The notes under the pieces are model-generated. The model was not told where the DNA came from and searched no databases. It was given only the letters and a program-made list of their open reading frames with translations. From Paraspadella gotoi (lineage: Eukaryota; Animalia; Chaetognatha): DNA of 64,000 nucleotides. Within the stretch, counting starts at the first letter, position 1; each line of letters opens with the position of its first letter. Below are positions 52,307-64,000 of the stretch, piece by piece. Location of the stretch: positions 3,352,030 to 3,416,029 of the forward strand of contig CM119266.1 in the NCBI GenBank assembly GCA_051294375.1. Reading direction: 5' to 3'. The position numbers and the translations under genes are program-made.

Positions 52307-52834
52307 TATGTTCTTGTTTTTCTGTTTATCTCAATTTCGATTTTTAACATTTATTACTTTCATAATACGATAATATTTGAATAACTTTTAAAAAAATATT
52401 AAGTACCTTCTCTTTCAAATAATACAAAAATGATGAAATACAAAGAAAGAAAGAAAGTAAGAGAGCAAGAAGAAGGAAAAGGAAAAAAAAGAAAAACAAA
52501 AGAAAAAAAAGAAAAGAAAGGAAAAGAAAAGAAAAGAAAAGAAAAGAAAAGAAAAGAAAGGAAAAGAAGAAAAGAAAAAACCGAAAAAGGTAAGGTCGAA
52601 GTAAGGACGCCGCCCGCCGGCCGTATCCGTCGGGGAAAGAATGTTTTGTTTACGATTTCCTCGTTGGTTCTCGATTGTTCACTGTTTATCCACGAAGTTC
52701 GGACGCGCGAGCTCAAACTTTTTTTTTTCCTTTTTATCTCAACTCCTTTTTCCCCCTTTATTTACGTCTCGCATCTTTTCTTTCATAACCTTTATTTTCT
52801 TTTCTTCTTTTCTGGCTAAACTTGTTTTCGCCAC

Positions 52835-52885
<51 letters not shown>

Positions 52886-53648
52886 CACAGCCTTTTGACA
52901 AAACCCTATGTTTTAGATTAAATAAATAGTTATAGCTTTATTAAGGACCAACTGCGGAGATAATAAAAATTTCGAATATTAGCAAAGTTTTTTTAGTTGT
53001 CTTGAAATTTAATTTAAGCAATCATTTTCAAAAAAAAAATACATTATATGTCTTGATAAATATATTAAATGTTACTCATCTTTTTTCGTATTATAAATTT
53101 TTTTTTTCAAAATCTTGAAATTTTTCGATGGATTCTGATAGAGCATAAAAAGTTAAACAAGAAATATAATTACAGCTTTTAAAAATTTCTACGCTTTTTA
53201 AGTAAAAATATAAAAAACTGATAAAATTATCGAAAGATGATGATGATGACGATTTTATCGGTTTTTTTATATTTTTGACTCACTATTTTAAAATGAATTA
53301 TACTTTGTGTAGACAACTTTTTATGAGCTATTATCTGAATCTTGTCTTAAAAGTTCTCAAAAATTTTTTTGGCCTTTCCTATTTATAAATAAATATTAAA
53401 AAATATATAAGAAATTTTGTTGTCCATTGAAAGTATAAAAATGTAAAAATTTTCGTTTGAGCAATTACTCATTCTAAATTTTTGACTCACCCCATTGTGT
53501 GGGGCTACCCCTAGCTTTAGCTTAAGCTCTTAGTAGTTTTTCACGAATACTAAATAGCCTTTGATATATCCGATTATGAAAGTAATTGGTGAATACTGAA
53601 GAGACAGTAATTATTGTTATGTGTTAGTGACAAAACCGTTCAATATAA

Positions 53649-53722
53649 GCAGTCCCTGAGCTTCGGATCAGGCTGTAACACCATGTTACAGGCGGGTTAT
53701 GCGCCCCGTCCCTCTTAACTGC
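53649..53722 (-). ncRNA. Type-P5 twister variant (duplicate of 28586-28660)
   Basis: GCAGUU AA GAGG GA CGG GGCGCA UAA CCC GC CUGUAACA UGG UGUUACAG CCUGA UCCG AA GC UCAGG GACUGC, with a perfect 8-bp P3. It follows a tRNA-like head at 53797-53725 (acceptor GCGGCCA/TGGTCGT). Confidence 0.75.
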
Positions 53723-55608
53723 CAGACGACCACCGGGCTAGAACCCCGGACCTTTGGGTTGGGAGGCGAATGACTTGCCTCCGGCACCAATGGCCGCTGA
53801 TGAACGGTTGGTGGATTTTAGTCCACCATAATACTTATATTCGCTATTGAAATAGTACATGTACATTGTACATATAAAGGCTTTAAATAATTATGGCTTT
53901 ATTGTATATTTACAATGTACCTATAAAAACATAAATTAAGGCTAAACTTATTACATGGCGATGAGAAGGCGACACAATGTTTATTTGTTTATAGACGGCC
54001 ATAGATAAGCGGCAGCGGCAGCGGCAGCGGCAGCGGCACCCGCAGCCGCAGCGAAAGTCAAGTTAGAAACGCAGGCAGACTGCAATTGCACAGAGGGGAG
54101 TTCACTCAAGAAAATTACGGACCAGATTGAAATTGTTCAGATATCTATTATATATTATATTAAACCAATTTATGAACCGTTATCCAGAATTCAAACTAAT
54201 GCCAGCTCTAATCCTTTATTCTAATTCCTAAGTTTTAGACCTTAATTAATTAAGGCTTAATGGCAGGAACCCCTGCACTAATCACTAACCTGTGCCTTGG
54301 ATGACTAAATAACTTAATGACTAAAAGACTGAACACTAAATTTCATTTTATAGCATTTTAATGACTGAAAGACTAAATGACTGGATTCTATTCAAGTCGT
54401 CTAATCACACTTAGAATAAATACAGTAAATATTGTATCATCTGCGTTTAAGTTTATATACAAATTTTAGGAAAATAACATATTAAAATATAGAATACGAA
54501 AAGTCATTCATAAACTCCTTCGTGCGGCTTTCGGATCGGGTTTTCGTGCGACCGAAATTCTATCGCCTCACCTCCACTTCTCTCCTTTTCAATCATGAAC
54601 TTACCTTTTTTCATTCTCTTATTATATTCCTTTTCTTTACTGTTTTTTGCACCTCGACGAACTTGTTTTCCCGACGGCATCAATATGAAGCCTTACTCGT
54701 CTTTGTTTTAGTCTTTAACTTACCTCTGCTCTACCACCAACTTAATTCGAACGAGACTCGCCCCTTCTTCATTTCAAGAATGAGAAACCGGTTTTATGGC
54801 GACTGTCGACGACAGCAACAACAACAACAACAGCGAACAACACGACAGGAAATCAGTTTTGGTCCAAATTCTAATTTTTCGACTTGAAAAAATTGTTTCC
54901 TCAGTTTTACTGACTTTAAATTCCAAAGTAGAATCGTCTTTCCCGTTGACGTTAACAGACATTTTTCTGTTACGGACTTTTTTGGATCGAATCCGAAACA
55001 AAAATAAAAATTTAAAATGATGCAAGTTGAAAAAATGATGCGAATTTGAAAAATTATGCAAGTTGAAAAAATGATGCAAGTTGAAAAAATGATGCGAATT
55101 TGAAAAATTATGCTAATTGAAAAAATGATGCAAGTTAAAAAAATGATGCGAGTTAAAAAAACTATGCAAGTTGAAAAAATAATAATAGTTAAAAAAAATA
55201 TTTTTTTTACCATAGTAACAGTTCAGTTTAATCCCTTGTAAGCGATTTACATGTATTGGCGCAACCATTGGTTTGTATGGTACGATCTGATTACAGCTTA
55301 ATTATCGTAGGCAGATCCGATATTATATTTGCTGAACCTTGTTGAATTTAGATTCAAACTATAATTTTTATTTAACTTTTAATTTAACGCCTTTTGTCGG
55401 ACTTGACTGAATTCAAAATTAAACATCCGACAATAAAACTTAAATTTAAGATCAAAACTATCGTCGTCGTCCTTTCGCCTCGGGATTAAATCAAATATGG
55501 CCGACAAATCTTGAATCAAAAGTCTTTTGGAAAGTTTCACTCTCTCTCTCTCTCTCTCTCTCCTCATCTCCCTCTCTCTCTCTCTCTCATCTCTCTCTCC
55601 TTCCCAAA

Positions 55609-57078
55609 ATGGCGACCAAGCTCGACGTTCTCAAATCCGAATTACTGGAACTAGTGTCCAGCTTCCGTCCGATGGCACCGGATTTGCTGCGCTGGTCGAC
55701 GATTCTGCTGCCGGCGTGGTTCTGCGGCAGGATGGACTTCAGCTTTTTGTGGGTGAGTTTAGTCGAAAAGTGAGGAGTCTCTTGATTCAGTTTCTCTCTC
55801 TATCTTTCTTTCTCTCTCACTCTTCTCTCCCGCCATCTCTGCCCTTTCTCCTTTCTTCTCTTTTCTTCTTTATCCCCTTCCTTTCTTTTTTTTCTTCCTC
55901 TCTTCTTGGTTGACTCTCTCCTTCCTCCCACCCCTTTAGATATCATCATAGAAAAGTGTTCAAATATTTTTTTTTCAAATCGCGCGGAGAAAACCGTGCA
56001 GTTAGTTGCCTCTGGTACATAATATAAAAGAATTTTAAAACAATTAATATATCGTCTAAAAGCTAAGAGAATAGATTTTAAAAATGAGTAATGATTTTTA
56101 AAATTTTGCCTCGATATAGGGTCCCACCCCTGTACATTGTGTACAAGAGGCCAAAGTTTCTCGATATCTAAATTTTATTTTTTGATTCTTATATTAAAAT
56201 TCCGAAAAATTGATGGAAAGTAACCGCTGTGGCTAATCCTAAATTCGAATATCTGTCACTGTTATGAAAATTTGTTGCATTTAGTAATTACTATGTGCTA
56301 GGTTTTGGTTACAGTACCTTAGTTTATGTAGTTATTCATTGTTACATACTAAGAGTCTATTATATATCTGACTATCTTAAATAATAAGATGTGCAGGTCT
56401 TTGATTTTATTTTTAGCATAGGGAGTAGCATAAATACCGAGCCTTCAAATGAGGCTCGGTAAACTTTGAATACTTCAAGTAGTAGTAACGCCCTAAGAGT
56501 AAGACCGCTCGTGCGGGAGGCCAAGTTTTACATAGTAGAACCTATAGATGCCTTAAGTCCGTCTCATCGGAGTAGGAATCCGCACAACTCTAACCGCTCT
56601 AAGGCCGCTCGTGCGGCTGGCAATGTTTTGAATACCATTAAATTAAAAAGTACTGCCCTATGAGCCAATTTAAGCTCGGGCATTTTTAGCTTTAATATCA
56701 TCATCTCTCTCTCTCTCTTTCTCACTCCTTTCCTCCCCAGGTGGTCTTCATTTTCATTGCCTTCCAAATTCGCAATCGCGACAAACTGCGCAAGGCTTTC
56801 CGCAACCAATTCCAGTTGAAGCGGCGAAGAACGAAGCCAAGGCCATTGCAGGCGTCGTCAAAGAGCGCCGTCTTGGATTTACTTCCCCAACCGCGAGAGG
56901 GCGGAATGGCTCAACAAGACTTTGAAACAAGTACATGGAAATTGAATGCGTAAATTATTAATCATTTCAAAAGAGAAAAAAGTAAAAAACATAAATATAT
57001 TTGCACAAATCAATGAAAAAAAAATAACTTGATAGTAAACATAAGAAATAAATTATTAAATAAATAAATATATTATTA

Positions 57079-57150
<72 letters not shown>

Positions 57151-60100
57151 AAAAAATACATAAATACATAAATAAATAAATACATAAATAAATACATACA
57201 TAAATATATACATAAATACATACATAAATAAATACATACATACATATATACTTACATTAAGTATATAAATAAATAAATAAATAAATAGATAAATAAATAA
57301 ATATATAGATAAATAAATATATAAATAAATATATAAAAAATAAATATATAAATAAATATATAAATAAATATATAAATAAATATAAGAATAAATAAATATA
57401 TAAATAAATAAATAAATATATAAATGAATATATTAATAAATAAATAAATATATAAATTTATAAATACATTAATATCTTTGATAATGTTTTAAAGTAAAAA
57501 TTTTTGTTAAACTTGAACATTTTAAGCTCTGGCCATTTTTGGACGACTACGTGAGCGAATTCGTAACGACGACTCTGCAGAAGACGATTCAAGATACAGT
57601 CAAGGTAAGGATACTGATCGCAGCTCTGATGCGATCAAGATTAACTCAATTGCATAATCTGAAGTTGCGAAACTAACCAAACTTTCAAGTAAAAGTCATT
57701 TGACAATATTTTTCAAAAACACCCACGTTTGAGTTTAAAAAGAATTAAGGTTGACGAATTACATTAAAGGTTAGGGAGAGAGAAAAAGCTTAAGATTTGG
57801 TTTAAGGATTAGGATAGAAATTTGGTTAAATATTTGGTTTAAGGATTAGGTTAGGAATTCGGTTAAAGATTTGCTTGGGGATTAAGGTTTAGGTTAAAAG
57901 GATAAGATTAGGCAATAAGGTAGGGACCGGCACAACAATTTTGTATTTTCTTTCTGCCTTTCATGAATGAATTTAAACCTTTAATCAGACCCCCACCAGC
58001 GTCAATTGATCATTCATTGCCATTTTGATTGGTAATTTTTAGAGTATGATTTTGTCAATTTTTGTCAATTTGTCAATTTTAAGCAATATATGGCTATGTC
58101 TTAACTACTATCAAAAAAAAACTTTAAAGATCAACAACAAAATTTAATTTTCATTTATTTTGATGGGGTATCGTTAAATTTAAAATTCATTATAATTTTG
58201 ACTTAGTTTGACTTAGTTTGACCCTGTAAAGAGGTTTCAGCAAAAATAATTTTAAAATTGTATCTTGAATGCCACAAGAACAAAAAGTTGAGCTCTTGAG
58301 ATGCAACGCTATCGGAATCGTGCGTTTTTACATTTTTTGGTATTCTCATCGCCTTCTCCATCACTTTCCTCTATTCTCATCGCCTTCTCCATCACTTTCC
58401 TCTATTCTCATCGCCTTCTTCATCACTTTCCTCTATTCTCATCGCCTTCTCCATCACTTTCCTCTATTCTCATCGCCTTCTCCATCACTTTCCTCTATTC
58501 TCATCGCCTTCTCCATCACTTTCCTCTATTCTCATCGCCTTCTCCATCACTTTCCCCCAATAGAGCTACAGCATCGACAAGTTCACCTTCGAGAAGATGA
58601 CTCTGGGCGACGACCCACTTCGCGTCGACAGCGTCAAGATGTTGAAGATGGAGACGACGGAGCGGGCGGAGGAGGTCGTCTTTGATCTGGAGATCTCGTA
58701 TAAAGGAGATGCGCAGGTGAGGGAAGGAGGGCGGGTGCTCAAACAATCAATCAATTATTAAAGAAGATTAATGAAAAAATCTGAATGATTGATACGATAA
58801 CGAATTATTGATGTAATAGTAATTGATTATTGATGCAATAATAATGAATTATTAATGCGATGATAACCAATTATTTATATGATGATAACCAATTATTTAC
58901 GCAATTATAACCAATTATTGATGCGATGATAACCAATTATTGATGTGATGATAGTCATTCATTGACGTGAAAAAATAAATAAATAAAAAAATAAATAAAA
59001 AAATAAATAAATTAAAAAATAAAATCAAAACACCACTAATTGCAGTTACCATTTAATCAAACAATCAATCATTTTTTCAATAAATCAATTATAACAAAGC
59101 TGTTACCCATATCAATCACCCCCCCCCCAAATTAAGGTCAAAGTTGACCTTGTCTACATCGCCGTCCCGATGCGAGTCGGCATCAAGAATCTCTCCTTCA
59201 ACGGGAAACTCCGGGTGGAGATGCAGAACTTTTGCGGACAGGTGCCGATCGTGGGCTCCATCTGCTGCTTCTTCCTCAACGACCCCGTCGTCGACTTCGA
59301 TCTGACGAACATCGCCGACTTCATGGACGTGCCTGTCTTGAAGACGAAGATGATGGGGCTCATCAAGGGAACCATCGCCTACATGATGGTGCTGCCCAAC
59401 AGGTTTGATGATCAATATATTAATCAGATGAGGAGCTCGATCATTCATCCAATGAATCCGTTAGTCGTAGGGCGTTGAAAATAACGAAATATAACAATCA
59501 AGTGAGGTACATAGCTATTTTAGTGTAATAAAGTCTGTAGAATTCGATGATGATGACCATTTTTTGTATAGTCTCATCTTCTTGTCGGAAATGGCGATTT
59601 TTGTAGCATAAGGTACTATTAAAATGGAGAAAACATTGTAGAGTATAAGAAACTCAATTGATAAGATTTTATAAAAGCCATATTTAACTTACATAATATG
59701 AAAATAAAGACCATATAAATATTTTGGTAAGTTTATTTACAAATTTTATATTTTATTAATAGTTTGTTAGCTATATTATTAATAAATAATAATAAAAAAT
59801 AAGCTAAAGTGAAAAAATAAAAAAATTAAAATTTAAAAACCGGATTTGAATTCCTTACAAAAAGTTGATATAAGAAAGTATAATCTATTTTAAATAATTC
59901 TTTCATTAAGTAAGTTAAAAATTTTAAAAAACTATTATTTTTGTTTACTTTTTCAATTTTGGTTTAAAATTATAGTTTTTCTAAATTTTGACCACATTAT
60001 GACATAATTTGATATAAAAATTATATTTTCTTATATCAACTTTTTGCAAAAAATGCAAATCCATGAAGAAAATTTTGAAATTATTATTTTTTAACTTACC

Positions 60101-62888
60101 TAATTTTTACTCATAATTATTAATAAATATAGTTAACTAACTTTTTATAAAACATAAAATTTAGAAATAAACTTACCAAAATATTTTATAATCTTTATTT
60201 TTATATTTTCAAAAGCTCATATAATTTTATAAAATTTTAATAATTTGATTTATCATAACTTATAATGGTTTTGTATTTTATAACAATTTTATATACATTA
60301 AAAAACCGTCATTTCGGACAAGAAAGATAAAATTATAAAAAAATGGTCATCACCATCAATTCTACAGACTACATTACACTAAAATAGCTATGTACCTCAC
60401 TTGATTTGTTATATTTTGTTATTTTTCAACGCTCTAGTAGTCGGCATAGCAAAGTTCACCCCGCCTCTTAGCATGAATCCTTCAGTCGTGACCCGGTGGC
60501 TCATTGAGTAAAGCCATCAGCTCATGACCACTAGGTACCGGGTTCAATCCCAACCCGGTACCTACTTTGCGGGAAGTGTGAGGACGGCCGTAAGCCGCCT
60601 TGGGGGCGTGGAAAACCCTCAAGCCTGGTTCCAAGCCCAGGACCCGTTCGATAGCTGCTAGAGGGGTTATAGAAGTTACGGAAAGTCATCTTCAGCCCAC
60701 TTAGCGCCTTATCCACAATTCAATCAATCGAATTCGTCAATCAATGAGTCAAAAAATAAATCTCTCTATGAATCTCTTAATCAATCAACATCTTAATCAA
60801 ATCAATCTCTTAACCAATCAATCAATTAATTACGAAAATAATTTCTTAATAAATCTTGTAGACTAACTAGTGACTGGAAATCTATTCTTCTAAAGAAAAA
60901 ACATAATAATTAAACAATTCAAATAATTAATAAATAATTAAACAATTCACTCAGATATCCTGTCCCCCTGATGAACGACGTGGACACCAACCTCCTGCGC
61001 AACCCGCTTCCCAAAGGCATCCTCCGCCTTCACCTCATCGACGCCGTCAACTTGAAGTTTCTTGTCAAGGCGGACCTTACGTGGCGGCCAAAGTGGGCGA
61101 CAGAAGAAAACGAGCACCAGAATGAGGTGGTTTTGGGAGGGGGTGAAGAGGGGGTAGGGGCTGTGATTGGGGGTTGTTTAAAGGGATTTGTTTGGGGTTG
61201 TGGAGGAGTTTGTTGTGGGGATTGTGTTTGTAGAGCAGATTATGCTGGGCGGTTGTGGTTGCGATAGCTTAAAGATTTGTTTAAGGGTTCGTGGTGTGGG
61301 TTGATTTAAGGATTTTGGTGAAGACTTTTTAAGATCGTGGCTAAGACAAGGTTTGATTTACGGATTTGGAGATTTAGATTTTGAGTGAGTTAAAAAGGTT
61401 TTCTCACATTGCCTGTCTGTATGTCTGTCAAAATAACGAGAAAGATTCCTCTCTCAGGACAACGAGGATCCAGTGTGGAATCAAATCCTGGAATTCGTGA
61501 TTTGGTCTTCGGAACAACAACTCGAAGTCTCCTTGATGGACGGGGACACCATGTTCGCCGACGCTGACGACCCGCTGGGGCATTACGAGATCAAGGTTGA
61601 TGGGGGGAAGTTGGTTGGCGTGGTTCGAGGTAGTTGGAGTGGTGGTCTCAATTGATCAATTTATTTTTTGATTGGCTGATTAATTTTTAGACTTTTTTGG
61701 CCGATTGATTAATTGATTGATACTTAGACTTTTTACTGATTATTTCAGTTACTAATTTTTTTTTATTTATTGATTGCTTGACTCATTGACCGATTAATTG
61801 ATTTTTTTGATTTTTTTGATCGATCGACGGAATTAATTAATTGATCGATCGACTGATTATTGATTAACCAACCGCTTGCCTCTTCCCTTCAGGTGGCCAC
61901 AGTCAAACGCCTCGGCTATCTTGCCCAAAGCGTCAAGCTCGAAGAGATGAAAGCCCACGACGCGCGACTCAACCTCCGACTCCTGTGGGCATCCTTCACC
62001 ACAGACTTGCAACTCGGCAAAGCTCATTGTCCCGATGAGAATTACAACAGGAGACTCTTGCTCTCCCAAAAGTCGGTGTCGTCGTCGTCGTCGTCGTCGG
62101 GGGGAGCTGGGTGTGTTAAGATGGGGTCGGGTGGGGTGGTTTGCGGAGGGTTNNNNNNNNNNGGGGGCAGAGTTGAAAACTGAAGGTGAGGGTGGTTTGC
62201 TTAATGGGGTCATCTTGCCAGACAAACATTTCTTTACCAAGTTGTCATTTACTACATTTCAATAAACTCATTCTCTCTTGTTGTTTTCCTCTCTTTCTCC
62301 ACTTCTTCCTTCTTTTCTTTTCCTCTTCCTCTCCTTTTTCCTTCTTTCCCATCCCTCCCTTCTCCTTATCTCGCCTCCCTCTAACTCTTCCCTCCTCCCG
62401 CTCACTCCCTCCCTCTCTCCCTCTCCCCTCGCAGATATCTCGATGCGGACGGGTACGACCCTCTACTCCAAAATGCTTCCCGCGCATTTCTCCTCGTTCA
62501 TCTTTACGCCGCAGAGAATCTACCGTCGGCGGCGGCGGCCAAAGCGGCGGGTGAGATCTCCAGAGCTTTGAAGGATGGACGGGTTGCCCGCTCGTGTTTT
62601 GTTTGCTAAGAAAAGAAAGAGTTAACAGGTTTATTCTAAAATCAATTATTAAAAAAAACTGTGGATAAGGAGCAAAGTGGGCTGAAGACTACTATCCGGA
62701 ACTTTTATTCCCCCTCAGCAGCAATGGAACGGGACTGGGCTTGGAACCAGGTTTGAGGGTTTTCCACGAAACGAAATTTTCGTGAAACAACAATGGAATT
62801 TTATTTAGATAAAATTGGACATTTCGCTCATTTCGAGCCTTCATCAGCATTTGAAAACCAAAAATAATTTTTCACAAACATTGAGTTG

Positions 62889-62954
<66 letters not shown>

Positions 62955-64000
62955 GAGAGTAAAGGGAGAGTTCTCCAACAAAGAATTGAGTAAAGGAAAG
63001 TGGTTAGATGTGAGGGCAGGTGAAGTTGAGGACAGAGGTGAAGAGAGAATGAATTTGAAATTGGTGAGAGAGAGAGAGAGAGTGAAAAATAAGTAGAGAA
63101 AGAGCTCAAAACAAACAACAAAAAGGCTTAACACAAAAATTTAATCTAATTTAAAGAATTATCTCTAATATCAAAGGAAACATAACAGACTGAGCCACCA
63201 AGCTTGTGCATGGATAATTTATGCAATCATTGAGCCAGTAAGTATTGCTAACCTCTCTGTCTCTGTCAATAAGTTAGTCTCTACTTATTTGAGTCCCTTT
63301 CTAAATCTGTCTCTGCTTATTCTCTTTGATATAGACAAAATGTCTGTCTCTCTTACGATCTGCCCATCTGTCCATCCATCAGTCCAATCCGTCCCTCCAC
63401 CCTGATCCAGGCGGCGTGAAGGCGATCCTGACCGTGATCGAGGGTCACGCCGAGATGACGAAAGAAGCCTCCAGCGTTCAAATCGACGCCTCTGCTCCCA
63501 AATGGGAAGAGGCCTTTCAGTTTCTGCTCAGGAATTTTCCGGAATATCAAAAGCTGTCGGTATCGATCGTGGATGCAAGCGAGAAGCAGGTGGGAGGCAA
63601 TCAAAATCACTAAATCAAACAATCAATTAAACAATCAATCAATCACTAACTTAATTGATAAATAAATAAATTAATCACAAAAAATACATCAAGCAAAAAA
63701 GCAGTAGTATTTAAATATTTAATATTTAATATTTAATAATAACATGTCCGTATCTATTGAAAAAAAAATTCGTTGTAAAAGATTATAAAAACTTTGCTTT
63801 TCTCTGCTCACAAACTAACAACGAAAAAAGAAGAATTATTACATCAATATTTAATATAAAAATTAATTAATCAATCAGTCAATACAAAAAAATAATCAGG
63901 TAACCAATCAGGCAATGAATCAACAATATAATAAACCTTTCAATCAACCAATCAATCAACAAATAAGGTCTTCGCCAAGTGGGTCTTCCCCCTAGTGGAT
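55609..64000 (+). CDS. ESYT: Extended synaptotagmin (membrane hairpin, SMP domain, C2A, C2B); runs off the window end
   Basis: Exons at about 55609-55752, 56741-56930, 57527-57604, 58564-58716, 59137-59402, 60955-61126, 61458-61595, 61893-62050, 62435-62550, 63411-63589 and 63968-end. Motifs: LLPAWFCGRMDFSFLW, PSWIYFPNRERAEWLNKTLKQLWP, FTFEKMTLG, MVLPNR, PLPKGILRLHLIDA, DPVWNQILEF, PKWEEAFQFLL. There are small frameshifts in exons 2 and 6. Confidence 0.92.
56418..56681. mobile_element. Small hairpin-rich non-autonomous element with a 9-bp flanking direct repeat
   Basis: ATTTTTAGC at 56409-56417 and 56682-56690, an ATAGGGAGTA/TACTGCCCTAT inverted motif, the 10-bp hairpin TACCGAGCCT/AGGCTCGGTA and two CCGCTCGTGCGG hairpins. 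Confidence 0.5.
57050..57470. repeat. Compound (AAAG)n/(AAAT)n/(ATAC)n microsatellite
   Basis: Direct inspection. Confidence 0.9.
58341..58555. repeat. 31-bp minisatellite, 7 units, abutting a splice acceptor
   Basis: TATTCTCATCGCCTTCTCCATCACTTTCCTC x7, ending just before the AG at 58562-58563. Confidence 0.95.
59470..60434. mobile_element. Foldback MITE (~965 bp, ~430-bp inverted arms) with TA target duplication
   Basis: TA-GGGCGTTGAAAA...TTTTCAACGCTC-TA. The arms align in inverse orientation over most of their length, e.g. CAAGTGAGGTACATAGCTATTTTAGTGTAAT. Confidence 0.85.
60490..60718 (+). mobile_element. Second tRNA-headed SINE-like element carrying a twister
   Basis: A box TGGCTCATTGAG, a CTCATGA loop (CAT), B box GGTTCAATCCC, then the twister and an ~70-bp tail. 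A 5'-truncated inverted copy lies at 62659-62768. Confidence 0.75.
60569..60647 (+). ncRNA. Type-P5 twister ribozyme variant
   Basis: GCGGG AA GUGU GA GGA CGGCCG UAA GCC GC CUUGGGGG cguggaaaa CCCUCAAG CCUGG UUCC AA GC CCAGG A CCCGU. Pairings: P5 5 bp, P3 8 bp, P4 5 bp, T1 UCC/GGA, T2 GC/GC. The L4 region closely matches the canonical GGUCCCAAGCCC. Predicted cleavage is 60591/60592. Confidence 0.8.
62659..62768 (-). mobile_element. 5'-truncated copy of the 60490 element
   Basis: The reverse complement CGTGGAAAACCCTCAAACCTGGTTCCAAGCCCAG...CTTCAGCCCACTTTGCTCCTTATCCAC matches 60607-60717. Confidence 0.85.

Noticed and set aside
56815-56870. Programmed frameshifting in ESYT exons 2 and 6
   Set aside because: These are small indels in a scaffold full of long-read indel errors, with no slippery site or stimulator seen.
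60490-60562. Functional tRNA-Met gene (likewise tRNA-Gly at 28663-28731)
   Set aside because: The anticodon stems do not pair properly. These are SINE-type tRNA-derived heads.

Overview
AT-rich, intron-rich eukaryotic (probably invertebrate animal) scaffold with GC-rich exons, many (GA)n tracts and five N-gaps. By splicing exons by hand I can reconstruct five genes: TMX3 (minus, 8568 to <1632); an 11-exon BTB-BACK gene nested antisense in a TMX3 intron; an ~852-aa single-pass PY-motif (Commissureless/PRRG4-like) membrane protein (minus, 22747-9368); an interrupted XK-related gene plus a decayed paralogue nested antisense in one of its introns; and an extended synaptotagmin (plus, 55609 to >64000). 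An ~19-kb block (11787-30701) recurs at 36767-55694 and partly at 30727-36317 with many 1-nt indels, most likely a gap-filling or haplotype artefact. The main discovery is a circularly permuted (type-P5) twister ribozyme variant with a minimal palindromic P1 and a bulged P2. It occurs with extensive compensatory changes in three unrelated repeat families: an ~320-bp tandem repeat (retrozyme-like, one ribozyme per unit, plus a solo copy) and two different tRNA-headed SINE-like elements. All structures and gene models were derived by eye and none was tested computationally.
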